Shown here piece by piece: positions 49,112 to 57,573 of a DNA stretch of 64,000 nt. The translations under genes and the position numbers were made by a program. The notes under the pieces are model-generated. The model saw only the letters and a program-made list of their open reading frames with translations, did no database searches and was not told the DNA's origin. This DNA comes from an uncultured Thermoplasmata archaeon (lineage in GTDB: Archaea > Thermoplasmatota > Thermoplasmata > UBA10834), in assembly GCA_963719945.1 (NCBI GenBank), contig CAVRDX010000001.1, positions 768,001 to 832,000 on the forward strand, read 5' to 3'. Each line of letters starts with the position of its first letter. Positions within the stretch are counted from its first letter, which is position 1.

Positions 49112-50688
49112 TGAAGGGGCATATACAGGTCATCGGATGCAAGTCCTGCACCGAGATTCCTCGGCTCATAGACATGAACAAGCTGATTGAGAAGGCATCT
49201 ACGATGGAGCTTGTCGTCTCGACAGTACTTGTCGGCGCCGTTTGCGATATAAAGAGCATAAAACAGGTCGTCCAGGAAGCCAGAGAGAGGGAGGTGGACA
49301 GGGTCGTGGTACTCGCATGTCCCAAGAAGGTGGTAAATCCCGCGCTCCTGGCTGCATTCAAGAAGGCTAAGGTGAACGAGTTCCTGGTCGAGTATGTCAA
49401 CATCAGAGATGAGGCTGTCCTTCCGCACATGAACGACTCGGTCAGAGCGCAGACAAAAGCGGAGACTATGATGATAGCTGCTCTCCAAAAGGTGCTCGAA
49501 CTCAAGCCGCTTGAGACTCTGGAAGAGAACATGAGGACGAGGAACGTCGTCGTGCTAGGCGGAGGTTCATCCGGAAGGAAGGCTGCGGAAACCGCCGCGA
49601 AGACCGGAGCTCATACGATAATCATCGAGAAGGGCACGAAGAGCTTCAAAGCTCCCGGCATACTGATGCAGAACTCCGTCCTGTTGAAATCCAAAGGATA
49701 CGGTGGCAATTTCATATTGACCATCAGGGCAGGGGAGAAGGTGGAGGAGCTCGAATGCGCGGCAATCGTGGTCGCAACTGGCGGCGGCTGGACCGGGCTC
49801 AAGGGGCCGCTCGCAAAGGCATGCAAGAGCGCGTTGCCCCTGTACGAATTGGATGAACAGATACGCTCAGGCGGGAAGCCGGAAGGCCCCATCGTGATCG
49901 TCGATTCGTCGGACCCAGCTGGCAAGTCCATGCAGGTCCGTGATTACGCATGGGATGAGTCCCTTGATCTGGCAGTCGAACTCAAGAGACGTTCGGCGGA
50001 TGCTGACATCACAATCATATTCCAGGAGATGCGGGCTTTCGGCCTATCCGAGCTGAAGTACAAAGAGGCCGCGGAGCTTGGTGTCAGGTTCATCAGATAC
50101 GACCTTGCTGGAATCCCCAAGATCGACTCCAAGGAACCGAACGTGATCTCGGTCAGGGACCTCGCACAGGGCGAGACTATCAGGTTGAGGTTCGGGACTC
50201 TGGCATTCGCATCGATACCTGCGAACGATGACAATGAAGGCATCGCGGAGACACTGAGGATACCGATGTCTCCGGATGGAGGTGTCCGGCACGGAAGCAT
50301 ACAGAGAGGACCGGTAAGCACCCCTAGACCAGGGATATTCGTCTGCGGCTCCGCCCTTTTCCCCAAGACGAAGGATGTCGCCGAAGATGAAGGCACTGTT
50401 GCAGGCGAACTTGCAGGAGAGTTCGCATCGAAGGGGATCATTGAATACGGAGGACTGGTCGCCGAGGTAACGCAGGAGAAATGCTCCGCGTGTCTGACGT
50501 GCATCAGGACATGTCCATACGAGGCCCCGTTCATAGGCACTGCCAACAAAGCAGAGATACGCATACAGGCCTGCCAAGGATGCGGGATGTGCGTCGGCAT
50601 ATGCCCGAGCAAAGCGATCGAGTTACGCAACTGCACTGACGGCCTCATAATGCAGGAGACCAAGACGATGCTTAGAGGTGATTTCTGA
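49111..50688 (+). CDS. Degenerate HdrA-like protein with N-terminal Cys domain, diverged FAD fold and C-terminal 2x[4Fe-4S]
   Basis: GCKSC...VC...RVVVLACP...EYVNIRD, VVVLGGGSSG, PGIFVCGSALFPK, CSACLTCIRTCP, CQGCGMCVGICP. Confidence 0.8.
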   Translation: MKGHIQVIGCKSCTEIPRLIDMNKLIEKASTMELVVSTVLVGAVCDIKSIKQVVQEAREREVDRVVVLACPKKVVNPALLAAFKKAKVNEFLVEYVNIRDEAVLPHMNDSVRAQTKAETMMIAALQKVLELKPLETLEENMRTRNVVVLGGGSSGRKAAETAAKTGAHTIIIEKGTKSFKAPGILMQNSVLLKSKGYGGNFILTIRAGEKVEELECAAIVVATGGGWTGLKGPLAKACKSALPLYELDEQIRSGGKPEGPIVIVDSSDPAGKSMQVRDYAWDESLDLAVELKRRSADADITIIFQEMRAFGLSELKYKEAAELGVRFIRYDLAGIPKIDSKEPNVISVRDLAQGETIRLRFGTLAFASIPANDDNEGIAETLRIPMSPDGGVRHGSIQRGPVSTPRPGIFVCGSALFPKTKDVAEDEGTVAGELAGEFASKGIIEYGGLVAEVTQEKCSACLTCIRTCPYEAPFIGTANKAEIRIQACQGCGMCVGICPSKAIELRNCTDGLIMQETKTMLRGDF

Positions 50689-51107
50689 TGACGCAGCAAA
50701 GACCCAAGATAGTCGGCTTCTGCTGTGAACGACATGGCCTGGACTCGGCGATTGTGGCTGCGAAGTCGGGCACCACATATGATGCGAGTGTGAGGATCAT
50801 CGATGTACCGTGCACTGGAAGGGTGGATGGACTGCATATCCTAAAGGCGCTCGAGGATGGCGCAGACGCCGTCTTCGTGCTCGGCTGTCTCGAGAAGAAC
50901 TGCTACTATGACACTGGCTCAATCGAAGGCAGGAAGCGTGTGGAATATGTCAGATCGATGCTCGCAGAGGCAGGCATCGAGAAGGAGAGGGTCGAGATGT
51001 TCAATACCTCCTCGACCATGGCCTGGAAATTCCCGGAGATAGTCTCGAAGATGTGTGACATCGTCAATCGACTCGGTCCGCTCGGAAAGGATGGTGATGA
51101 GCAATGA
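50688..51107 (+). CDS. mvhD: MvhD-like [2Fe-2S] protein
   Basis: KIVGFCC, VPCTGRVD, GADAVFVLGC...C.Y..G, GIEKERV. Confidence 0.9.
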   Translation: MTQQRPKIVGFCCERHGLDSAIVAAKSGTTYDASVRIIDVPCTGRVDGLHILKALEDGADAVFVLGCLEKNCYYDTGSIEGRKRVEYVRSMLAEAGIEKERVEMFNTSSTMAWKFPEIVSKMCDIVNRLGPLGKDGDEQ

Positions 51108-51808
51108 TAGTCGCGAAGAGAAAGCCCCTCGGAGAGATCGCTGACATGATCGCTCCGTACAAGAAGGTCTCGGTGATCGGGTGCCGGAGCTGTGTGGCGA
51201 TCTGTCTGGCCGGTGGAGAGAAGGAAGTCAAGATGCTCGTCTCCGCACTCAAGGTCAAGAACAAGAAGGAGGGCAGGAAGCAACAGTTCGAAGCACTCGT
51301 CGTAGAGAGACAGTGCGAGAAGGAGTGGATCCAGGAGGTCGAGGACAAGATACTCGATTCCGACCTCGTATTGTCCATGGCGTGTTCGTTGGGAGCCCAG
51401 ACGATAGGTGACAACTACCCGCACAAGCTCGTGTTCCCCGCGCTCAACACTGGGATATTCGGCGTGCCCGAGGAGCAGGGCGTGTGGTCCGAGAAGTGCG
51501 TTGGCTGCGGCAACTGCATCATCCATACGACCGGAGGCATATGCCCGATCGCGAGATGCGCCAAGAGCATGTTGAACGGCCCTTGCGGAGGTTCGTCCAA
51601 CGGTCATTGTGAAGTTAACCTGGACATCGATTGCGCATGGTATGCGATCCATGAGAGGCTGAAGCTGCAGAACAGGCTTGAGCTGATCGAGCAGGTATCA
51701 GCACCAAAGGATTGGTCCACAAGCCACTCGGGTGGAAGGCGAATATACGTCAGAGAGGACGCGAAGCTGACTCAACACCAGAAGAAGGGTAAGGAGGCGG
51801 TCAGATGA
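51104..51808 (+). CDS. metV: Methylene-THF reductase Fe-S/Zn subunit MetV
   Basis: MIVAKRKP..EI, GCRSCVAIC.AGGEKEV, RQCE, CVGCGNC, GGICPIARCAKSMLNGPCGG, CAW. Confidence 0.92.
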   Translation: MIVAKRKPLGEIADMIAPYKKVSVIGCRSCVAICLAGGEKEVKMLVSALKVKNKKEGRKQQFEALVVERQCEKEWIQEVEDKILDSDLVLSMACSLGAQTIGDNYPHKLVFPALNTGIFGVPEEQGVWSEKCVGCGNCIIHTTGGICPIARCAKSMLNGPCGGSSNGHCEVNLDIDCAWYAIHERLKLQNRLELIEQVSAPKDWSTSHSGGRRIYVREDAKLTQHQKKGKEAVR

Positions 51809-52788
51809 AGACTGGCAGCAACCTGGAGAAGGTCTTCGAATCGGGCAAGTTCGCTGTCACTGCCGAGATCGGTCCGCCACAGTCTGCGAATCCTGAACCG
51901 CTCGTGCACCATGCAAAGATGTTGAAAGGCTATGCAGACGCATTCAACCTTACAGACAACCAGACCGCAGTGGTGAGGCTTTCCAGCATCGCCAGCGCGG
52001 CCATAATCATGAGAGAAGGAGTGGAGCCGGTCATACAGATGACCTGCAGGGACAGGAACAGGATCGCCCTCCAGAGCGATCTTCTGGGCGCAAGTGCGCT
52101 AGGCATCAGGAACGTGCTCTGCCTGACCGGGGACCATCAGACCTTCGGCAACGAGAAGGGCGCGAAGAGCGTTTTCGACTTCGATTCGATCTCTGAGCTG
52201 CAGGTTTTCGACAGGCTTCGGAGGGAAGGCAAGCAGGTCGGCGGAGGAGAGATAAAAGATCCGCCCAAGGTGTACCTAGGTTGTGCAGAGAACCCTTTCG
52301 CGACTCCGTACGAGTTCAGGGCTTCGCGGCTGGCGAAGAAGGTAGCGGCCGGCGCTGACTTCTGTCAAACGCAGGCCATATTCGACATGGACATGTTCGA
52401 GAAGTGGATGGACGAGGTCCGTAGCCGAGGTCTCGACAAGAAAATCCACATACTAGCAGGGGTCATACCCATGAAGACCGCTGGCGCTGCCAGGTACATG
52501 AAGAACAAGGTCCCTGGAATGATCGTGCCCAACCACATCATCGACAGGATGAAGAATGCCAAGGACTCAAAGGAAGAAGGCATCAGGCTATGTGTGGAAC
52601 AGATCGAGACTCTCAAGAAGATGAAGGGGGTCCATGGCATCCACATAATGGCAGTCATGTGGGAGGATATCGTGCCCAGGATAGTCGAAGAGGCAGGGCT
52701 CCTTCCGAGACCGACAGTTCTGACCAGGCTCCGCAGACGACGCCTCCGAGGTACGATACGATGTCGCAAACTGAGTTCGACCAATTGA
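51805..52788 (+). CDS. metF: Methylene-THF reductase catalytic subunit MetF
   Basis: FAVTAEIGPP, NLTDNQ, QMTCRDRNRIALQSDLLGA, LCLTGDH, KK..AGADF.QTQ, GIHIM. Confidence 0.95.
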   Translation: MKTGSNLEKVFESGKFAVTAEIGPPQSANPEPLVHHAKMLKGYADAFNLTDNQTAVVRLSSIASAAIIMREGVEPVIQMTCRDRNRIALQSDLLGASALGIRNVLCLTGDHQTFGNEKGAKSVFDFDSISELQVFDRLRREGKQVGGGEIKDPPKVYLGCAENPFATPYEFRASRLAKKVAAGADFCQTQAIFDMDMFEKWMDEVRSRGLDKKIHILAGVIPMKTAGAARYMKNKVPGMIVPNHIIDRMKNAKDSKEEGIRLCVEQIETLKKMKGVHGIHIMAVMWEDIVPRIVEEAGLLPRPTVLTRLRRRRLRGTIRCRKLSSTN

Positions 52789-54419
52789 ACGAGCAGATGC
52801 TTGTGAAGCTATTCGAGATCTGCCCGGACGCTGCTACGCAATTTGGAAAGCACAGACCGTACGACCTGCATCTGCCTCATGGCGGGTTCAAGCGCCTGGG
52901 CGACACGCTCAAGCTCCTTGAATCATGGAACAAGGAAGCAAGCAGGATAGCTGATTCGACCGACCTCACGACAGACCAGACCATATCATTCGAGGTGCTG
53001 AGGATGTCCCTCGAACTCCAGAGGTTCGCGATAGAGGATTATCCGCTCTGGAAGATGTACCCAGATGGGCTCGAGCATCCAGGCTGGCTCCTTTTCTTGA
53101 TGGCTGTGCGTGAGTATGCGCCCCTTCCGGAGAGGGTTGAAGGAATCGTATCGAGGATAGGCGAATTGCCACGCTATCTCGGGGAATTCAGACAGAGGTT
53201 CTCGGATTCGAAACCTGTGAAGGTATGGACAGAGAGCGCGATCGAGACATGCGAAGGCGTACCAGACTACCTTGCTCATCTACGAAGCTTCGCCCAGGGC
53301 AGCATATCATCATCCCTTCTCGCCCAGATGGACAAGAACATCGCGTATGCGAACGAGGAGATCGCCAATCACAAGGACTGGTTGAAAGGAATGCTCGACA
53401 TATCCGTCGAACAGTTCGCGATGGGTAGGGAGAAGTTCTCCAAGTTGCTCAAGATTCGTGGGATCGATTACCTTCCGGACGAAGTCCTTGTCATAGCCGA
53501 GATGACAATACACGAGCTCAAAGAAGAACGCGCCATCATCTCGAGCAGGATATCCCCGGACGGGATTCCAGAGAAGGCCAAGGAGATAGTGGAATCGGAC
53601 ACGCCGGATACCATCGAAGAGGTGCTGGCAATCACAGGCAGCGAAACAGAGAATGCAAAACGATTCCTGATCAAGCACGATCTCATCTCACTTGATCATG
53701 GAGGGATCCTCAATTTCGTCAGGACTCCTGAATTCCTAAGCCTCACGATCCCTACCGCGGCATTGATGATGCCGGCAGTCTTTGATGAGACCCAGCACGG
53801 GACCTACCTAATCACGAACCCGCCAGACAAAGACGACCTCCGAAGCCTTTGGAATCGCGCGGCCATCATCAACACAGTGGTCCACGAGGCATATCCTGGC
53901 CATTTCCATCAAGGAGTGGTATCGAACAGGAAGCCGTGGATGCATCAGCTCCCGCACATGCTGATCGCCCCGGATACCATGATTCCTGCCTATGAGATGA
54001 TGGAAGGTTGGGCGCATTATTGTGAGAAAATGATGTACGACCACAAGTTCTGCGGGACCGATAAGGACGCTCATGCGATGATAGAGTTCGGCCTCTGGAG
54101 GGCCTGCAGGGCGATATACGATGTAGAACTCGCCAGCGGTGACGCATCGATCGATGAGATGGTGGAGATGTTCGTCCGTGAGACGAGCACCACCAGAAAC
54201 TCAGCAGAAGCGGATGTCAAAGGATTCTCGCACACGCCTGGGTACGGTCTATCATACATGATGGGAAGGAAGATGGTCCTGGAGTTCAGGAAGGAGCTGG
54301 AGAACGAGCTCGGACAGCGGTTCGACGAGAAGCTATTCCACGACCTCATGGCGGAGAACGGCAACCTCCCATTCCATCTGGCCAGGAGAGCGGTCAAGTC
54401 AGCGATGGTACTGCACTGA
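52761..54419 (+). CDS. DUF885 family putative metallopeptidase (paralog 1)
   Basis: HEAYPGHFHQ, EGWAHYCE, PGYGLSYMMG, FDEKLFHD; start set at ATG 52761 after a GAGGT RBS. Confidence 0.85.
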   Translation: MSQTEFDQLNEQMLVKLFEICPDAATQFGKHRPYDLHLPHGGFKRLGDTLKLLESWNKEASRIADSTDLTTDQTISFEVLRMSLELQRFAIEDYPLWKMYPDGLEHPGWLLFLMAVREYAPLPERVEGIVSRIGELPRYLGEFRQRFSDSKPVKVWTESAIETCEGVPDYLAHLRSFAQGSISSSLLAQMDKNIAYANEEIANHKDWLKGMLDISVEQFAMGREKFSKLLKIRGIDYLPDEVLVIAEMTIHELKEERAIISSRISPDGIPEKAKEIVESDTPDTIEEVLAITGSETENAKRFLIKHDLISLDHGGILNFVRTPEFLSLTIPTAALMMPAVFDETQHGTYLITNPPDKDDLRSLWNRAAIINTVVHEAYPGHFHQGVVSNRKPWMHQLPHMLIAPDTMIPAYEMMEGWAHYCEKMMYDHKFCGTDKDAHAMIEFGLWRACRAIYDVELASGDASIDEMVEMFVRETSTTRNSAEADVKGFSHTPGYGLSYMMGRKMVLEFRKELENELGQRFDEKLFHDLMAENGNLPFHLARRAVKSAMVLH

Positions 54420-54456
54420 CGGAGGGCGAGAAACCGATTGTGGCTTCGGAAGGCTC

Positions 54457-56136
54457 ATGTCGCATGATGCTATCACCCTGTCAGGTGATCATGTGGGGGC
54501 ACATGCTTTCGGTCAGCTGAACGAAGAGATGCTCAAGAAACTACTCGCTGTGAATCCAGATATGGGCACAGCAATGGGATTGCACGACCCTTATGATATG
54601 TATCTGCCCCATGGCGGACTGAAGCGCATCGATGATACTCTCGACATCCTCAAAGAATGGAGGATCAAGGCACGTGAGATCGATTCCAAGGATTTCACAT
54701 TGGACGAGAGACTGATGTTGAGAGTGCTTGACATCTCCATCGATTTTACCACCTTCAGCAGGCACGAGTATCCACTCTGGAGGATGCACCCAGACGAGAT
54801 CGAAGCACTCGGCGGGCTCGTCTTCATGATGTTCTCCAGGGACTATGCGCCGATCGAATTCAGGGCTCGGGCCATGGCCAGCCGACTCCATCAGGTGCCG
54901 AAGCACTTCGAGGAGTTCAGGGCAAGGTTCAACGGACAAAGGACCGTGAGACTCTGGACAGAAGCAGCTATCGAATCCTGTGACCAGTTCCCGGATTTCC
55001 TGACATTCATCGAGCAATCCTGGAAGGATGATATCACACCTGAGACAGCCAAGGCTCTGTCCGAGGGCGTGAACATGACCAAGACGGCCGTCGCGAAACA
55101 GAAAGAGTGGCTCAAAGGACGCCTGCAGACTGCGGATGCGGACTTCGCCATGGGCAGAGTCAAGTTCGAGAAATTGATCGAGATGAGAGGTTTGGGCATG
55201 GATTCGGATGCAATCCTCTCTCTCGGAGAGAAGTACCTGAAGGAACTCAAAGCCGAACGGGAGGTCATATCCGAGAAGATCTCCCCAGGCGGAGGAGTCG
55301 ATGGCGCGAAAAAAATTGTGGAATCACACGCGCCAAAGACCTTCGAGGAAGGGCTGAAGGCTACAGAGGAGGAGATGCTCAAGGCCAAACGGTTCATAAT
55401 TGAAAACGGGATAGCCACCATAGATGAGAGCAGCGTCCTCAAGATAATCGAGACACCTGCATTCCTTGCCCCCGTGCTGCCCTATGCGGCGTTGTTCATG
55501 CCGTCCAAGTTTGACAAGGTCCAAGAAGGGGCATATGTCGTGACCAGGCCGAAGGATCCAAAAGACCTTGGCAGCCATCTCAACCATGGGTCCATAATAA
55601 ACACCGCAGTGCACGAAGCATACCCGGGCCACTTCCACCAGGGGGTCAGGTCCAATGGCAAGCACTGGATGCTCCAGCTGCATCAGATGTCGGACAACCT
55701 ATACGTCGCTGCGGAGACCGTGGAGGGATGGGCGCACTACTGCGAGAAGATGATGTACGATCATGGATACGGAACCGATGACGAAGCGGTTCTGGAGATG
55801 ATCAACGGAGCCCTTTGGCGAGCTTACAGGATAATCGCAGACATCAAGCTTGCAAGAGGTGAAGCGACTGTCGATGAGATGGTCGACCTCGCCGTGAACG
55901 AGATAGGCATTCCGAGGAACGCCGCGAGAGACGAAGTGATCAGATACACCAGAAGCCCTGGACAGGCCCTATCATATCTCATCGGCAGACATCTGATAAT
56001 CGAGTTCAGGAAGGATATGGAGAAGGAACTGGGAGATGCGTTCGACGAGAAGAAGTTCCATGACCTTGTCGCGGACTATGCGTACCTGCCGATATTCCTG
56101 CTGAGCGACGCGGTCAGGGAATGCATGAAAAGGTGA
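54457..56136 (+). CDS. DUF885 family putative metallopeptidase (paralog 2)
   Basis: HEAYPGHFHQ, EGWAHYCE, EVIRY...PGQALSYLIG, FDEKKFHD. Confidence 0.87.
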   Translation: MSHDAITLSGDHVGAHAFGQLNEEMLKKLLAVNPDMGTAMGLHDPYDMYLPHGGLKRIDDTLDILKEWRIKAREIDSKDFTLDERLMLRVLDISIDFTTFSRHEYPLWRMHPDEIEALGGLVFMMFSRDYAPIEFRARAMASRLHQVPKHFEEFRARFNGQRTVRLWTEAAIESCDQFPDFLTFIEQSWKDDITPETAKALSEGVNMTKTAVAKQKEWLKGRLQTADADFAMGRVKFEKLIEMRGLGMDSDAILSLGEKYLKELKAEREVISEKISPGGGVDGAKKIVESHAPKTFEEGLKATEEEMLKAKRFIIENGIATIDESSVLKIIETPAFLAPVLPYAALFMPSKFDKVQEGAYVVTRPKDPKDLGSHLNHGSIINTAVHEAYPGHFHQGVRSNGKHWMLQLHQMSDNLYVAAETVEGWAHYCEKMMYDHGYGTDDEAVLEMINGALWRAYRIIADIKLARGEATVDEMVDLAVNEIGIPRNAARDEVIRYTRSPGQALSYLIGRHLIIEFRKDMEKELGDAFDEKKFHDLVADYAYLPIFLLSDAVRECMKR

Positions 56137-56225
56137 AATCGGGACATCACCAGATGCAGCATTCGAGATGGACGCGGAACTGCATCACGTCCAAATCATT
56201 CATGTGCTAGCTCGTCATCCACCCT

Positions 56226-57446
56226 ATGGATATGCAGCTCTTCAAGAGACCGTTCCTCGGAATCGCGTTCCTGACATTCCTAGCGATGTTCAACCTGACC
56301 TTCGTGGTCCCTTCGATAAAGGAGATGGTCGTTGACAGATTCGATACGACGGCTACGATGGCTTCACTCTTCGTGACCATCGAGATGGTCGCGTACATCA
56401 TCTTCGGAGTGGTCTGGGGCGCTCTATCCGACAAGCGAGGAGAACGCAGGATATTCATCGTGATAGGATTCCTCGGGTCTGCGATGATGTACTACATGAT
56501 GACACTCGCGACCGACCTTACGACCCTCTTTGTGATGAGGTTCGTCCAGGGGTCATTGACGGTCATGGCATGGTCGCTACTCATGACTCTAGCTATGGAC
56601 ATGTCGCATTCAGACAGCAGAGGAGCGCACATGGGCATAATCGGTGCATCGCTCGCTCTGGGGATGGGGCTGGGGGCGCCTATCGGGGGACTCATCGCAG
56701 ATCATGGGGTTCTCCTTCCGCTTTATGCAGCATCCGCCGTGTTCGTCATGGCCACCGTGCTCTCCATCATGTTCATCAAGGATATTCCGATAAGGAGCAA
56801 GGCCGAATCACTAGTTCAGACCATCAGACACATATCGAAGGACAGCGAGGCGAGAGCGCCATACCTGTTCAGCTTTGCCGAGCGATTCAGCGCAGGATAT
56901 CTCGTGGTCCTGCTCCCATTGTATCTGGCATATGAGTTCGATTCATCTCCTGGAGTCAGAGGGATGTACCTCGCAGCGTTCCTCCTACCATTCGCATTGC
57001 TCCAATACCATTTCGGGAAACTCTCGGACCGGTACGGCAGGGAATGGATGCTGATCATAGGCGGTTTCGCATACGCGGCACTGTTGGGAACCCTATGCTT
57101 CGTTGACATCGATGTCCTCTTCGTACTCATGGTCGTCTCCGGCGCGCTCGCTGCGATGCTCCTGCCTGCAAGCCTGGGACTCCTTGCCGACATAGCCCCC
57201 AAGGGAGAACACGCGACGTTCATGGGCGGATTCAATGCGTTCGGGTCCCTCGGATTCGCAATCGCGCCCCTATTGGCGGTCGGCCTATCCGAATGGGTAG
57301 GATACCAATTATCGCTGGTGACTGGCGCTGCGATAATCGCTGTCACGGTCGCGCTCACCTTCCCAACCTTATTCCCGGGGAAGGAAGAGATCGATGGAGA
57401 GAGTCCTGAGCTCAGCCTCTATGAGATGCAGCATGAAGACGATTGA
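56226..57446 (+). CDS. MFS transporter
   Basis: About 12 TM helices; motif A-like GALSDKRGERR and GKLSDRYGRE. Confidence 0.88.
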   Translation: MDMQLFKRPFLGIAFLTFLAMFNLTFVVPSIKEMVVDRFDTTATMASLFVTIEMVAYIIFGVVWGALSDKRGERRIFIVIGFLGSAMMYYMMTLATDLTTLFVMRFVQGSLTVMAWSLLMTLAMDMSHSDSRGAHMGIIGASLALGMGLGAPIGGLIADHGVLLPLYAASAVFVMATVLSIMFIKDIPIRSKAESLVQTIRHISKDSEARAPYLFSFAERFSAGYLVVLLPLYLAYEFDSSPGVRGMYLAAFLLPFALLQYHFGKLSDRYGREWMLIIGGFAYAALLGTLCFVDIDVLFVLMVVSGALAAMLLPASLGLLADIAPKGEHATFMGGFNAFGSLGFAIAPLLAVGLSEWVGYQLSLVTGAAIIAVTVALTFPTLFPGKEEIDGESPELSLYEMQHEDD

Positions 57447-57573
57447 GGCCGATGCCTCGGTTTGCTCATAAGCTAACAAAAACGGTTATATCGGAATAGG
57501 GGATACCATTCAGGCATACCTTTTGCCTTGCACGGGGAGGGATGCATCAGCCAGATAACGGAGCGTATGATAG

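Noticed and set aside
52590-52760. ORF-finder N-terminal extension of the first DUF885 gene
   Set aside because: It overlaps the metF coding region; the paralog's length and the RBS support ATG 52761
57505-57573. ZTP riboswitch upstream of purH (contains CACGGGGAG)
   Set aside because: The conserved GACTGGCG and 3' CGCCTGGGC elements are absent
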